Assembly (NCBI GenBank): GCA_038998335.1
Contig: JAVZHQ010000001.1
Span: 352,001-416,000 of the forward strand
From: Candidatus Aenigmatarchaeota archaeon
GTDB taxonomy: Archaea > Aenigmatarchaeota > Aenigmatarchaeia > CG10238-14 > SCSR01
Direction: 5' to 3'
DNA length: 64,000 nt
Positions 19,661 through 30,488 of this stretch are shown here, piece after piece (position 1 is the stretch's first letter; each line of letters begins with the position of its first letter). Below the pieces are notes generated by a model. The model saw nothing but the letters and a program-made list of their open reading frames with translations, was not told the DNA's origin and searched no databases. The translations under genes and the position numbers were made by a program.

Positions 19661-21082
19661 TTGAAGAAAATGGTGCTCAAACTTTTTAACACTTTGACAA
19701 GAAAAAAGGAAGTTTTTAAGCCTATAAGAAAGAATGAAGTAAGAATGTATACTTGTGGCCCAACAGTTTATGATTTTGCTCATATAGGAAATTTTAGAAC
19801 TTATGTTTGGCAAGACATTCTGAAAAGATGGCTTCTTTTTAAAGGGTTTAAAGTAAAGCATGTGATGAACTTAACTGATATAGATGATAAAACTATTAAA
19901 GGAGCAAGAGAACAGGGAATCTCTTTAAGGGAATTTACGGAAAAATACATAAAAGCATTTTTTGAAGATTCAAAAACTTTGAACCTATTACCTGCAGATG
20001 TTTATCCAAGGGCAACTGAACATATAAGGGAAATAGTCGAGCTCATAAAAATTCTTATAGAAAAAGGCTACGCTTATAGAGGCGAGGACGGCTCAATCTA
20101 CTATGACATTTCTAAGTTTAAGGATTATGGTAAACTTTCTAAGCTTAAAATAAAAGAGCTAAAAGCTGGAGCAAGAGTTAAGTCAGACAGCTACACAAAA
20201 GAAGAAGCTTATGATTTTGCTTTATGGAAAGCCTGGGATCCTGAGGACGGAGAAGTGTTCTTTGAAACTGAAATAGGTAAAGGAAGGCCAGGATGGCATA
20301 TAGAGTGTTCAGCCATGTCAATGAAGTATTTAGGCGAGACTTTTGACATTCATACAGGCGGCGTAGACTTAATCTTTCCGCATCATGAGAATGAAATAGC
20401 TCAAAGCGAGGCAGCCACAGGAAAAAAATTTGTAAATTATTGGTTACATGCTGAGCATTTAATAGTCGAAGGAAGAAAAATGTCCAAATCGCTAGGAAAT
20501 TTTTACACTTTACGAGACTTACTTGCTAAAGGTTATGACCCAAGAGCAATAAGATATTTACTTCTTTCTACTCATTATAAACAACAGCTCAACTTCACTT
20601 TTGAAGGGCTAGAAGCAGCAAAAAATACTGTAGAAAAACTCATCAACTTTCTTTGGAAGCTAAAAGAAATAAAAGGAGGAAAAGAAAACAAGCAAGTAAA
20701 AAAAATGATAAAAGAAACTAGAGAAAAGTTTGAAGAAGCAATGGATGACAACTTAAGGATAAATGATGCGTTGGCTGTTATGTTTAAGTTTGTAAACCAG
20801 GTTAACAAGTTAATTTCACAAAACAAAATCGGAAAGAAGAACTCTAAAGAAATTATAGATTTAATTTTAAGCTTTGACAAAGTTCTTGGGCTAAACTTAG
20901 AAGAAGCAATAAAAGAAGAAAAGCTACCAGAAGAAATTCAAAAGCTTCTAAAGGAAAGAGAAGAGGCAAGAAAAAGAAAAGATTGGAAGCTTGCCGACGA
21001 GCTAAGAGAAAAAATAAAAGAGTTAGGCTATTCTGTTGAAGATACTCCTGAAGGACCTCTGTGCAAAAAAATTGGAAAATAA
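19661..21082 (+). CDS. cysS: Cysteine--tRNA ligase
   Basis: CGPTVY, HIGN, GRPGWHIEC, KMSKS. Confidence 0.97.
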   Translation: MKKMVLKLFNTLTRKKEVFKPIRKNEVRMYTCGPTVYDFAHIGNFRTYVWQDILKRWLLFKGFKVKHVMNLTDIDDKTIKGAREQGISLREFTEKYIKAFFEDSKTLNLLPADVYPRATEHIREIVELIKILIEKGYAYRGEDGSIYYDISKFKDYGKLSKLKIKELKAGARVKSDSYTKEEAYDFALWKAWDPEDGEVFFETEIGKGRPGWHIECSAMSMKYLGETFDIHTGGVDLIFPHHENEIAQSEAATGKKFVNYWLHAEHLIVEGRKMSKSLGNFYTLRDLLAKGYDPRAIRYLLLSTHYKQQLNFTFEGLEAAKNTVEKLINFLWKLKEIKGGKENKQVKKMIKETREKFEEAMDDNLRINDALAVMFKFVNQVNKLISQNKIGKKNSKEIIDLILSFDKVLGLNLEEAIKEEKLPEEIQKLLKEREEARKRKDWKLADELREKIKELGYSVEDTPEGPLCKKIGK

Positions 21083-21087
21083 AAAAT

Positions 21088-21279
21088 TTATTTTTTAACC
21101 AATTTTATCGCTCCTGCTGGGCAAGAGTCTGCTGCTGTTTTACAATCGCACTCATCACATCCCTTTGGGTTAATTACATGAGATTTTCCATCATCTCCCA
21201 ACTTAAAAACAGTCGGACAAATGCTTGCGCATAAGCCACAACCCAAACATTTATCTTCATCTACTACTGGAATTACCAT
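21088..21279 (-). CDS. Single-cluster ferredoxin
   Basis: CLGCGLC-x-x-x-CP ... CPAGAI. Confidence 0.92.
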   Translation of the reverse strand: MVIPVVDEDKCLGCGLCASICPTVFKLGDDGKSHVINPKGCDECDCKTAADSCPAGAIKLVKK

Positions 21280-21291
21280 TTTATCACCACC

Positions 21292-24200
21292 TCAAGAGTA
21301 TAAAGTGCAAGTTGGACAAACCGAAGAAGCTTCACTTAAAGGTTTTAAAACTTGAACTTCTCTGCTTGCATGCCTGTAAATTGTTATACCTTTGCATCCA
21401 AGCTTGTAAGCCAAGAGATAAGCTTTTTCCACATCATGAGGAGTTGCATGATGAGGAAAGTTTATTGTTTTGCTTACTGCATTATCAGTATATTTCTGGA
21501 AAGCTGCCTGCATTCTTACATGCCATTCTGGACTAATATCATGAGCTGTAACAAAAAGTTTTCTTATATGCTCAGGAATTTCTTCAACATCTTGAATTGA
21601 AGTTTTTCCAGAAATTTTCTTCATCAAATCTTCTGTATAAAATCCTTCTTTTATAGCTATAGTTTCAAACAAAGGATTGATTTCAACTAGGTTTGCTCCT
21701 AAGCTTTCTGAAACTTCTCTAACATAAGCAATAGCAAACAAGGGCTCTATACCAGAAGAGCAACCTGCTATTACTCCTATGGTTCCTGTTGGAGCAATGG
21801 TTGTTACAGTTGCATTTCTCATAGCTTTATAACCTTTCTTTTCCCAAACACTTCCCTTAAAGTTTGGAAAAGAGCCTTTTTCTTCCCCAAGCTCAACAGA
21901 CATCTTTCTTGCTTCTTCAGAAATGAATTTCATGACTTCTTCGGCAACTTTTAAAGCTTCTTCTGAATTGTAAGGTATGCCAAGCTGGATAAGCATGTCA
22001 GCAAAACCCATAACTCCCAAACCAATTTTTCTGTTTGCTTTTGTCATTTGTTCTATTTGAGGAATTGGATAATAGTTTGCATCTATAACATTGTCCAAAA
22101 AGCGAACTGCTAATCTAACAGTTTCTCTTAATCTTTTCCAATCGATTTTTCCGTCTTCAACAAATTTTGATAGGTTAATTGAACCTAAATTGCAAGACTC
22201 AAAAGGCAATAAAGGCTGTTCTCCACAACCACGTTGCACGTATCCGTCAGTAATCCAAGTATCGCTACCCTCGCAATACAAATCATAAACTGTATCATTC
22301 CCAACAAACTCTATAGAAACTACACGTGCCTTCCATGTGTTCCCAGTTGTGAGCCACTCTTTTTTTAATTCTCTAAGTTTTTTACCTTTTATTGGGTGTA
22401 TTTTTTCAATTTGAGACATACGAGCAAATCTTCCTGCACTCTCACCAGAAACTATTACTTGATACTTAGGATGTCTTCTTACAATTTTTCTTTTTCCTAT
22501 CATTCCTCCGTCATCGCTAAAACTCTCAAAAATTCTACCATGACATCCTAGCAGTAACAATAATCTACGAATGTTTTGAGCTAGTTGCTTGGATGATGTT
22601 ACAAAACGAATTTGTGGGTGATTGGAAGCTAATAAAATATCTCCATCAGTTGCCAACAAACCGTCAAGTATACCCAAAGCTTTTTCTCTACTTCTTACTT
22701 GAACTATATCAAAGCTTTTTTCATGAGAGTATGCAGGAGTTAAATTTAATTCTTGAAGAAGTTTTTTTCCGTTAGAAAAAATTAGGTTTACGGTTTTGGA
22801 GTCGGGAAAAGTATCTACGTTTCTGAAATTTTCTTCACTAAACAATTTTTTTAAATTCTCGTTAAATTCTACTTCTTCTTTATTTGATGCTATTTTAACT
22901 ATGTTTCGAGAAATTATACTTTTAGTATAACATCCATCCCCTAATAAAATTCCCATTTTTAAACCTTCCTCGTACTCCTCTGGATTGGAAGTTAAAATTG
23001 GAGTAGGTTCAACTCTCACATAATCTCCGATTCTAAGCTCATCTACCCTACAATCCACTAATTTTTTACTCTCACTTCCTTTTCTAATTACGTAGTATCT
23101 ATGAGAGGCTGTAACTATTTGTTCTCCTCCGTCCGAAAACTTTACTTTAAAAACAGGCATGTTAAAATGCTTTTCTATTGCTTTAACAGGCTCGAAACCA
23201 AAAACCGTACTTATATAATCTCCAACTTTTATATTTTCAACTGGAACATAACCAGAGGGAGTATTAACTAGTGTTCCTTTAGCTACACATGGGTTTGTTG
23301 ATTCTATTTCTCCTATATGAGGAGTGGGATTATGCCTATTAATTGTATCGATAAAAATAACTCCAGGTTCACCATTTTTCCATGCCATGGTAACTATTAA
23401 ATTCCATATAGCTCTTGCTTTAATTCTTTTAACAGGCTTTTTATTCCTTGGGTTAATTAGCTCAAAATCTTTATCTTTTTCAACAGCGTCCATAAACTTG
23501 TCAGTTATTGCAACAGAAATGTTAAAGTTTTTCAATATGCCTTCTCTTTCTTTACAAACTATGAAATCAAGGATGTCAGGATGATCAACTCTTAAAATTC
23601 CCATGTTTGCACCTCTTCTCTTTCCACCTTGTTTTATCACTTCAGTCGCTGCGTCAAACACTTGCATAAAACTTATCGGACCTGAAGCTACTCCGCTAGT
23701 TGACTGAACTATATCGCCTGCTGGCCTAAGCTTTGAAAAGCTAAAGCCTGTGCCTCCACCTGATTTTTGAACGATAGCCATTATCTTTACAGCCTCAAAG
23801 ATACTTTCTATAGAATCTTCTACAGGGATAACAAAGCATGCACTTAAATTAAGTTTTGTTCCTGTTCCTGCATTCATAAGAGTTGGAGAATTAGGTAAAA
23901 ACTCAAGCTTTGCCATCATCTCGAAAAATTGGCTTTCTAGCTCTTGAATTTCTTGCTCGCTTTTTCCGTAATTCTTTTCAACCTCAGCTATAGCATGCGC
24001 TACTCTTTGAAACATTTGCCTTGGTGTTTCTATAACTCTCCCACTTTCGTCTTTCCTTAAATATCTTTTCTCTAAAACTATTATTGCGTTTAAAGGAAGT
24101 TTTAAATCATCTTGTACGCCTAACAAAGCTTTCGCTCTTCTTATTTCTGCCCTTTTTTGCCTGTAAAGGATGAAAGCTTTTGCTGTTTTTGCATGTCCGT

Positions 24201-24459
24201 TTTCTATCAAGACTTTTTCAACCAAGTCTTGAACTTGCTCCACGCTTGGAATTTCTCCTGGCTTAAGTTGCTCTTTTAGAAGCTCAACCACTTGGTCAGC
24301 AAGTTTTTCAGATAATTCTCTATCTTTTCCTCCCACGCTTTTTGCAGCCTTCCATATAGCTTCTGTTATCTTGTTTTTATCAAAATCTACTATTCTTCCG
24401 TCTCTTTTTCTTATTTTAGAAATTTTTATTTCACTTTCATCCATTTTCTCTTCCTTCAA
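21292..24459 (-). CDS. nrdJ: Adenosylcobalamin-dependent (class II) ribonucleotide reductase with ATP cone and intein
   Basis: ATP cone [21 protein letters not shown]-[intein]-CGEQ, TIAPTGT, SKTIN. Confidence 0.93.
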   Translation of the reverse strand: MKEEKMDESEIKISKIRKRDGRIVDFDKNKITEAIWKAAKSVGGKDRELSEKLADQVVELLKEQLKPGEIPSVEQVQDLVEKVLIENGHAKTAKAFILYRQKRAEIRRAKALLGVQDDLKLPLNAIIVLEKRYLRKDESGRVIETPRQMFQRVAHAIAEVEKNYGKSEQEIQELESQFFEMMAKLEFLPNSPTLMNAGTGTKLNLSACFVIPVEDSIESIFEAVKIMAIVQKSGGGTGFSFSKLRPAGDIVQSTSGVASGPISFMQVFDAATEVIKQGGKRRGANMGILRVDHPDILDFIVCKEREGILKNFNISVAITDKFMDAVEKDKDFELINPRNKKPVKRIKARAIWNLIVTMAWKNGEPGVIFIDTINRHNPTPHIGEIESTNPCVAKGTLVNTPSGYVPVENIKVGDYISTVFGFEPVKAIEKHFNMPVFKVKFSDGGEQIVTASHRYYVIRKGSESKKLVDCRVDELRIGDYVRVEPTPILTSNPEEYEEGLKMGILLGDGCYTKSIISRNIVKIASNKEEVEFNENLKKLFSEENFRNVDTFPDSKTVNLIFSNGKKLLQELNLTPAYSHEKSFDIVQVRSREKALGILDGLLATDGDILLASNHPQIRFVTSSKQLAQNIRRLLLLLGCHGRIFESFSDDGGMIGKRKIVRRHPKYQVIVSGESAGRFARMSQIEKIHPIKGKKLRELKKEWLTTGNTWKARVVSIEFVGNDTVYDLYCEGSDTWITDGYVQRGCGEQPLLPFESCNLGSINLSKFVEDGKIDWKRLRETVRLAVRFLDNVIDANYYPIPQIEQMTKANRKIGLGVMGFADMLIQLGIPYNSEEALKVAEEVMKFISEEARKMSVELGEEKGSFPNFKGSVWEKKGYKAMRNATVTTIAPTGTIGVIAGCSSGIEPLFAIAYVREVSESLGANLVEINPLFETIAIKEGFYTEDLMKKISGKTSIQDVEEIPEHIRKLFVTAHDISPEWHVRMQAAFQKYTDNAVSKTINFPHHATPHDVEKAYLLAYKLGCKGITIYRHASREVQVLKPLSEASSVCPTCTLYS
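22228..23289 (-). mobile_element. Intein (354 aa) with LAGLIDADG endonuclease in RNR, just before the catalytic Cys
   Basis: CVAKGT block A, TASH block B, MGILLGDG and [13 protein letters not shown] block F; ends VQRG. Confidence 0.9.
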
Positions 24460-24539
24460 GCTTCAAAAAAACAAATGTTATTAGCTTTAAAATATTTATT
24501 TCTATGCTTAAATCTATATTACGCAGAATAAATATAAAA

Positions 24540-25313
24540 TTATCTTCTCCAGATTTTTTCTTTCAGACTTGCTACTATTTTTTTGAACAAAGAAGGATAG
24601 ATTTCAAATTCTTTACCCACAAGATGATGAGCAATTTGTATATATCTTAAAGCTGCTGGAGATTTTGCCTTAAATTTAAGCAAAGGAATGCCATAAGAAA
24701 CGCTATCAATAACGTTTTTATCGAAGGGAATTTCTCCTAGAATTGGTAAACCTAAAAGTTCTTCAACTTGCTCTCTTTTAAACTCATATCTTCCTAAGCC
24801 GACCATGTTTAAAACGAGCCAAAGTTTTTTCCCTCTTAAATCTATCATATCAATAGTTCTTTTAACATCCATCATGTTAGGAATTGTTGGAGTGGTAACG
24901 AATATTATTTCATCACAAGCTTCCATTCCACAAATTGCTTCTCTTCCTAAACCTGGGGCACAATCAACAAAAATAAAATCTATCATTGGTAAATCAAGTC
25001 TTTTTAAAGAATACTTTAAATCTTTCATATCAACTCCAATAATATCTGAAGGGTTAAGGGAAGCGGGAACAAACATTACTCCATTATAACTTGTAACAGC
25101 ATACCTTATATCTTCCCTTCCTCTTAAAATGTCGTTAATAGTTACAGAGTACTCTGGTAAACCTAAGTAATAGGAAAGATGCGGAGTAGTTAGGTTTGCG
25201 TCAACAACTATAACTCTATAGCCTATTTGATTTAAAGCTATAGCAAGGTTTGTAGCAAGTGTTGTTTTTCCCACGCCACCTTTTCCTGAAGCAATAGCTA
25301 TGGTTCTAACCAA
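24540..25313 (-). CDS. minD: MinD/ParA family ATPase
   Basis: SGKGGVGKTT, VDANL, DCAPG. Confidence 0.88.
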   Translation of the reverse strand: MVRTIAIASGKGGVGKTTLATNLAIALNQIGYRVIVVDANLTTPHLSYYLGLPEYSVTINDILRGREDIRYAVTSYNGVMFVPASLNPSDIIGVDMKDLKYSLKRLDLPMIDFIFVDCAPGLGREAICGMEACDEIIFVTTPTIPNMMDVKRTIDMIDLRGKKLWLVLNMVGLGRYEFKREQVEELLGLPILGEIPFDKNVIDSVSYGIPLLKFKAKSPAALRYIQIAHHLVGKEFEIYPSLFKKIVASLKEKIWRR

Positions 25314-25356
25314 CTTCTCACTCTATATTAATTTTTCCTTTTAAATAAAAATCTTT

Positions 25357-27066
25357 GTGCTTAGATATAAAGATTTAAAGCTTTCTTTCTATAGGTTAAT
25401 CATGAGAAATAAAACCTTGCTTATAGCTTTTGTAGCCTTGTTAATTTTACCTGAAATTGTTACAGCAGTTTGTGATTTAAGTTATCAAACTTATAGTTAC
25501 AAATCAGCTTTTTTCTACGTAAATAATGCGAAGAAAATAAGGATAACGGTTTATAACTCTATGAACGATTTGTACGCTAGATGCTTTACTGCTTGGATAA
25601 AAATTGATGGAAAATACATAAATTTAGATGGTTTACCTTATTCGCCGGAGAACTGGCAAGAAGCTTGGAAATCAACTGCTCCAAATTGTTATAATTGTGG
25701 CTACAGAATTGTTTCAGGTTATTCAGGTTATGCTGAGTATGATTTAGAGAAGTATGCTCCTTATGGTTATACAGGCGAAGTTGAGGTAAGGGTTAGTAGC
25801 TATTGCTATGAAATAGAAAGGGAAGACCCTTGTTTTTGCTGGGAAGCTAAAGTTGAGGTCATAGAGTATTATCAACCACAAACTTGCTACCTTGATATTT
25901 ACATTAAGGATACGAAAAAAAATCCTATTAACGCTTATGTTTATGTTGATGGAAAATACTTAGGTTATGGTTCTCATTTTTTAAAGGAAATTTCAACAGG
26001 AACGCATACAATTTCAGCAATCAAACCTGGTTATAGTTCTGTTAGCAAAACTGTAAGTTGTTCCTGTAGCGAGAGGAAAAAAGTAGAGATTTTGTTAGCT
26101 CCGGTTCAAGTTTGTGTTCCAGGAGAAATAAGAAATAGATATTGCGCATGCTCAACTCAAGTTGCTTATGAAAGATGTAAAAACGATGGAAGTGGGTTTG
26201 AAACAGTTATAGAGAATTGTGCTTCTGGATATACTTGTGAAGAAGGTTATTGTGTCAAAGCTTGTGAGGAAGGTTATACAACCGAATACAGATGCTTTGC
26301 AAACTGGGTTCAAAGAAAGTATGTTTTTTCTGATTGTTCAAGCAATTGGATTGATTGGGAATATTGTAGTTATGGTTGCTCGCAAGGAAGATGCTTAGCC
26401 AAACAACCTTGCAAAATAAGTGTAAGTGTGAGCAAACCTGAAAATGTTTTTGTTGGCGAAACCGTAAGAACTATTATCAGGTTGACAAATTCTGGGGATG
26501 AAGGATGCTATGTTAATTTAGACGCTTATGTTTGTAGTATAGATTATTGTTATTTGATGAGTTGTAACGATTATTCAACTGACCCTAGGGTTTATGTTCA
26601 GGGGAAAGGTGTTTATGTTTTAAACTGTAATGCAAACATAAGAGAAGAAGGAAGTTACAAGGTTAAGGTTTCTTATGCTTGGCTAAACCAAACTCAAACT
26701 GTTTATTCTGAGACATTTTTAGTCAAGAAAAGGGATGAACCAAAATGTACTGCTAGATTTTTGGAAGAATTCAAGTGTGAGGGAAATTGGAGAATGCAAC
26801 TTTATCAATATTCTGACTGCTCAGTAGGCTGGGGATATGTTAATTATTGTTCTTATGGGTGTAAAAATGGGGAATGCTTACCTGAGCCAAAAGAAAGCTT
26901 AGGTGAAGAAAAGGTTTCTTTTACTGGTTTAGCTTTTCTAGCTAATCAAAATCTTTTAATTTTGTTTGTTTTGATTTTGCTAGTGTTGATTGGCTTATTG
27001 GCTTGGATTTTGATGAAAAGAACGATGAGAAAAAGGAATAAACCAGAAGAATTTGGACAAAATTAA
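25357..27066 (+). CDS. Cys-rich surface protein with PEGA-like domain (start probably about 25402)
   Basis: Signal peptide, AYVYVDG...GTHTI...KPGY, repeated Cys modules, C-terminal TM. Confidence 0.75.
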   Translation: MLRYKDLKLSFYRLIMRNKTLLIAFVALLILPEIVTAVCDLSYQTYSYKSAFFYVNNAKKIRITVYNSMNDLYARCFTAWIKIDGKYINLDGLPYSPENWQEAWKSTAPNCYNCGYRIVSGYSGYAEYDLEKYAPYGYTGEVEVRVSSYCYEIEREDPCFCWEAKVEVIEYYQPQTCYLDIYIKDTKKNPINAYVYVDGKYLGYGSHFLKEISTGTHTISAIKPGYSSVSKTVSCSCSERKKVEILLAPVQVCVPGEIRNRYCACSTQVAYERCKNDGSGFETVIENCASGYTCEEGYCVKACEEGYTTEYRCFANWVQRKYVFSDCSSNWIDWEYCSYGCSQGRCLAKQPCKISVSVSKPENVFVGETVRTIIRLTNSGDEGCYVNLDAYVCSIDYCYLMSCNDYSTDPRVYVQGKGVYVLNCNANIREEGSYKVKVSYAWLNQTQTVYSETFLVKKRDEPKCTARFLEEFKCEGNWRMQLYQYSDCSVGWGYVNYCSYGCKNGECLPEPKESLGEEKVSFTGLAFLANQNLLILFVLILLVLIGLLAWILMKRTMRKRNKPEEFGQN

Positions 27067-27079
27067 AAAAATGAAAATT

Positions 27080-28318
27080 TTAGTTAAGTCTCAAGGCAGC
27101 CCTTATGTAAGCATGAGTTTGATGAATCTCTATTTTTCTATTTTTATAAGAGCCTGTGTTCAAAAGGTAAAATGTTACACCATAATCAAAAAGTTTTCTG
27201 AAAAATTTTTCTTGTCTTTCCAAATCCATTTCTAATTGATAAGGATCATAAAAGGGTTCGTTTCCGTATTGTCCCCATTTTTCTGGAGGTCCGCCACCAG
27301 GCATAATTTTGAACTTTCCTTCTTTCAAAATCTTAATCGCTTCTTCACACTCTATCTTTCTTATTATCGGGCTACTCTCGTCTCTTGTGAGAAGTAAAAC
27401 ATACTTAAGGTTCGTTTCATTAGCTACATTTTCTTTTCCTTTAAAAACCTCTTTTACATTTCCTTCATCATCAGCTATTAGCATAGTAAACCTTTCTCTT
27501 GGAAACATTACTCGCGAGTTTGCGTAAGACCAATAGCAACAATTAAAACCCTCATCAAAAACGCATTTCTTCCTTCCCTCCAAAACACTCCTATAACAAG
27601 AACCTATCTTGTTTATGTCATCGCTTTTTTGCCTGCAATTTTCCTTTTTTGTTACAACATTTTCTAACGGTAAACCTTCAAAAGATTTGATAAAAGTAGG
27701 ATGATTTTCTGCTATCTCTGTTCTCATGTAAAGCCAATTTTCTGGTTGCTCAGCTTTAACTCTATCCTTTTCGTCGAAAGAAACGAATAGATAATCGTCA
27801 CCGACAACTTTGCTGTTTCTAACATTATAAAGAAGCTCGTGAAATTGAGTAGTTTTCCCTGTGCCTGTTGGAGCGATAATTGCTACTCCAAATTCTTCGT
27901 TATTTCTTTTGATTGAAACGGAAGCAGCATGCATAGGATATTTTTCCTTTTCTTTCAGAATTTCTGTTGCTAGACCTAAAGCACTTTTTGATTTAGCAAG
28001 CCCGTAGTATTCTGTGTTAACTCCTAGGGCAATTTTTTTGTCAAGATTGTAGAATAAGCATGGCTCAAAACCTTCAACTCCTGTTATAATATAGACAAAA
28101 CCTTCAGCCTGATTAGAGTTTGAGACATACCAGTTTAACTGCCAAAAATCAAAAACGTGTTTTGAATTGGTGATTAACCTTATTTTTGCGTCGCATATGT
28201 TTGCTGTGTGGGAAAAAGGCAGATTTTTACCATATTTCCTGAGAATTTCGTCTATTTCTCCTTTATCCTTAAAAGCTTGTGGCCTTCTGTCCGGAAATGT
28301 AACGTAATTGTTGACCAT
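27080..28318 (-). CDS. PEP-carboxykinase/HPr-kinase-like P-loop protein
   Basis: YYG-x-x-K, MHAA, APTGTGKTT, VGDD, LLNTG. Confidence 0.7.
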   Translation of the reverse strand: MVNNYVTFPDRRPQAFKDKGEIDEILRKYGKNLPFSHTANICDAKIRLITNSKHVFDFWQLNWYVSNSNQAEGFVYIITGVEGFEPCLFYNLDKKIALGVNTEYYGLAKSKSALGLATEILKEKEKYPMHAASVSIKRNNEEFGVAIIAPTGTGKTTQFHELLYNVRNSKVVGDDYLFVSFDEKDRVKAEQPENWLYMRTEIAENHPTFIKSFEGLPLENVVTKKENCRQKSDDINKIGSCYRSVLEGRKKCVFDEGFNCCYWSYANSRVMFPRERFTMLIADDEGNVKEVFKGKENVANETNLKYVLLLTRDESSPIIRKIECEEAIKILKEGKFKIMPGGGPPEKWGQYGNEPFYDPYQLEMDLERQEKFFRKLFDYGVTFYLLNTGSYKNRKIEIHQTHAYIRAALRLN

Positions 28319-28451
28319 TTTACTATAATATGGAGTTTAAAATTTAAGAAGAATTGTAGGAAATTACTTAAACTTTTCTTAACAAGAAAATGTTTTATCC
28401 ATATTTTTGAAATAAATAATCTTTTATTTTTTACTTTTCTTAATTTAAACC

Positions 28452-29744
28452 ATGATATTGAGGGAAATAGAAGATATCATCAAAAAAGAAAAGAAAAAAG
28501 GAGAATTTGTTTATCCGTTTTACGAAAAATACTGTTTTTCGAACATTCCTTCAACGATTTTAGAGTTATATGGGATTAAGTCTAAAAGACCTGCTCTTCC
28601 TCTTCAAGTGTATAAAGATAAAGTTGAAACAAATGTAAATAAAATTGTATTTTTTCTGTTAGACGGTTTTGGGTATCACCAATGGACAAACTACTTTAAA
28701 GAACATAAATTTTTTGATAGAGTTACCAAAAGAGGTGTAGTTTTCCCTCTTACATCCATATTTCCTTCAACAACTGCTGCTGCTCTTACCACAATAAATA
28801 CAGGTTTAACATCTCAAGAGCATGCTTTGTTCGAATGGTTTCTTTATTTTAAAGAAATTGATATGATAATCAGTACGCTACAATTTACACCTTTAGGTAT
28901 CAAAAGTCAAGACAGGCTTTTAGAATTTGGAATAGATCCAAGAATTTTATTCAGAGGAAAGACTATTCATCAAACTCTCAAAAAAGCTGGCATTAAATCG
29001 TTTGCTTTTATTAATGAACAATATGCTTGGAGTGCATACTCTCAAGTAGTTCACAAAGGAAGCGTGAGAATACCTTTTATCAATTGTTCAGACCTTGTGG
29101 TTAGGTTAAGAAAACAGTTGGAAGCAGAAAGTGGTCCTGCGTATTTTTATGTGTATGTTGGAGATATAGATGCGTTAGAACATAAGTATGGCCCTCGTAC
29201 CGAAGAGTATCATGCAGAACTTTCGATGCTTTCCTTTTTACTTAAAAAAGAATTGCTTGAAAAAATAGATAGAAAAACCGCAAGGGAAACATTAATTTTA
29301 ATAACTTCTGATCATGGCCAATTGAACGTTTCACCAAAAGATACAGTTTATCTAAACAAATATCCTAAACTAGTAAATTCCTTTCAAAGAGGTAGGAAAA
29401 ACCAACCTATACTACCAACAGGCAGTCCACGCGATGTTTTTTTACATATTGAAGAAAGTAAGCTAGAAGAAACTTACAACTTTCTTTCAGAAAAGTTAAA
29501 AGAAAAAGCAAAAGTGATTAAGACAGAGGAAGCTATAAGAGAAGGTTTGTTCGGTATTGGCAAACCTAAGAAAGAATTTTATGAACGAGCAGGAAATTTG
29601 TTGATTCTTCCTTACAAGAATAACACATTTTGGTACGAATACCTTAAAGGATGGAAAATGGACCTTTTAGGTCATCATGGAGGATTAAGTGAAGACGAAA
29701 TGTTAATACCTTTTGCTATTTGTAGGCTGTATGATTTACTTTGA
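28452..29744 (+). CDS. Alkaline phosphatase superfamily (nucleotide pyrophosphatase-like)
   Basis: LLDGFG, FPSTT, D-x-x-x-H, TSDHG, GHHGG. Confidence 0.9.
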   Translation: MILREIEDIIKKEKKKGEFVYPFYEKYCFSNIPSTILELYGIKSKRPALPLQVYKDKVETNVNKIVFFLLDGFGYHQWTNYFKEHKFFDRVTKRGVVFPLTSIFPSTTAAALTTINTGLTSQEHALFEWFLYFKEIDMIISTLQFTPLGIKSQDRLLEFGIDPRILFRGKTIHQTLKKAGIKSFAFINEQYAWSAYSQVVHKGSVRIPFINCSDLVVRLRKQLEAESGPAYFYVYVGDIDALEHKYGPRTEEYHAELSMLSFLLKKELLEKIDRKTARETLILITSDHGQLNVSPKDTVYLNKYPKLVNSFQRGRKNQPILPTGSPRDVFLHIEESKLEETYNFLSEKLKEKAKVIKTEEAIREGLFGIGKPKKEFYERAGNLLILPYKNNTFWYEYLKGWKMDLLGHHGGLSEDEMLIPFAICRLYDLL

Positions 29745-29789
29745 ATAAATTAAAATATTGGAAGAATTTGGACTTATAACTTAAATTTT

Positions 29790-30188
29790 CTACGTACGTT
29801 TAAGAGTAAAAATGTACTTCATCGGCATAAAAGCTTCCAAATCGCTTTGATAAGCACATTTCTTACATCTGTAGCCAATAACTATTTCTTTGTTCAACAA
29901 GTTTTTTACCCTAACTTCCTCTATTTCAGACTCGCAAATTGGACATTTATCAATTTTCTGCATTTTTATAGTTTTTTTAGTTTTTGCCTTAACCTCAACT
30001 TCAGGAATAAGCAGAGCTATTCTTTTCACTCTTGTAGGAGAAAGTGTATAATTTTTTTCCTCTTTCCTAAGCAACCTTAAAACAAGCCTTGCTAATTCTT
30101 CTTGGGACTCTACTTTAAGTCTTGACTTTAAAACTTGTAGAATTACTTCTTTAACCTTATCCTCTGGAGGGATTTTTCTATCGTCCAT
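29790..30188 (-). CDS. Hypothetical Zn-ribbon protein
   Basis: CPIC ... CKKC. Confidence 0.7.
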   Translation of the reverse strand: MDDRKIPPEDKVKEVILQVLKSRLKVESQEELARLVLRLLRKEEKNYTLSPTRVKRIALLIPEVEVKAKTKKTIKMQKIDKCPICESEIEEVRVKNLLNKEIVIGYRCKKCAYQSDLEAFMPMKYIFTLKRT

Positions 30189-30269
30189 CAGTTAAAATAA
30201 GGAAAAACTTAATTTAAATGTTTTTTCTAAGCGAAAAATTTTTAATTTTAAGATGATAAAAGAAGAAAA

Positions 30270-30485
30270 ATGTCACATCTATGTAGAATGGTAAAAAAAG
30301 AAGAAATTCCGTTGTGGAAGAGGATTTTGATTCGCCTACTCGGAAAATATCCAGCCTTTAGAACAGACCCTTATGGTTATGGAATTATCGAATACTTTTA
30401 CAGCTATTGTTCAAAACATGGTTACTACATAGACTATCTTCACGGATATTATGAAGATTTAAGATGCCCTGCTTGTGAAAAGTAA
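30270..30485 (+). CDS. Small putative Zn-finger protein
   Basis: CSKH ... CPAC. Confidence 0.55.
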   Translation: MSHLCRMVKKEEIPLWKRILIRLLGKYPAFRTDPYGYGIIEYFYSYCSKHGYYIDYLHGYYEDLRCPACEK

Positions 30486-30488
30486 ATC

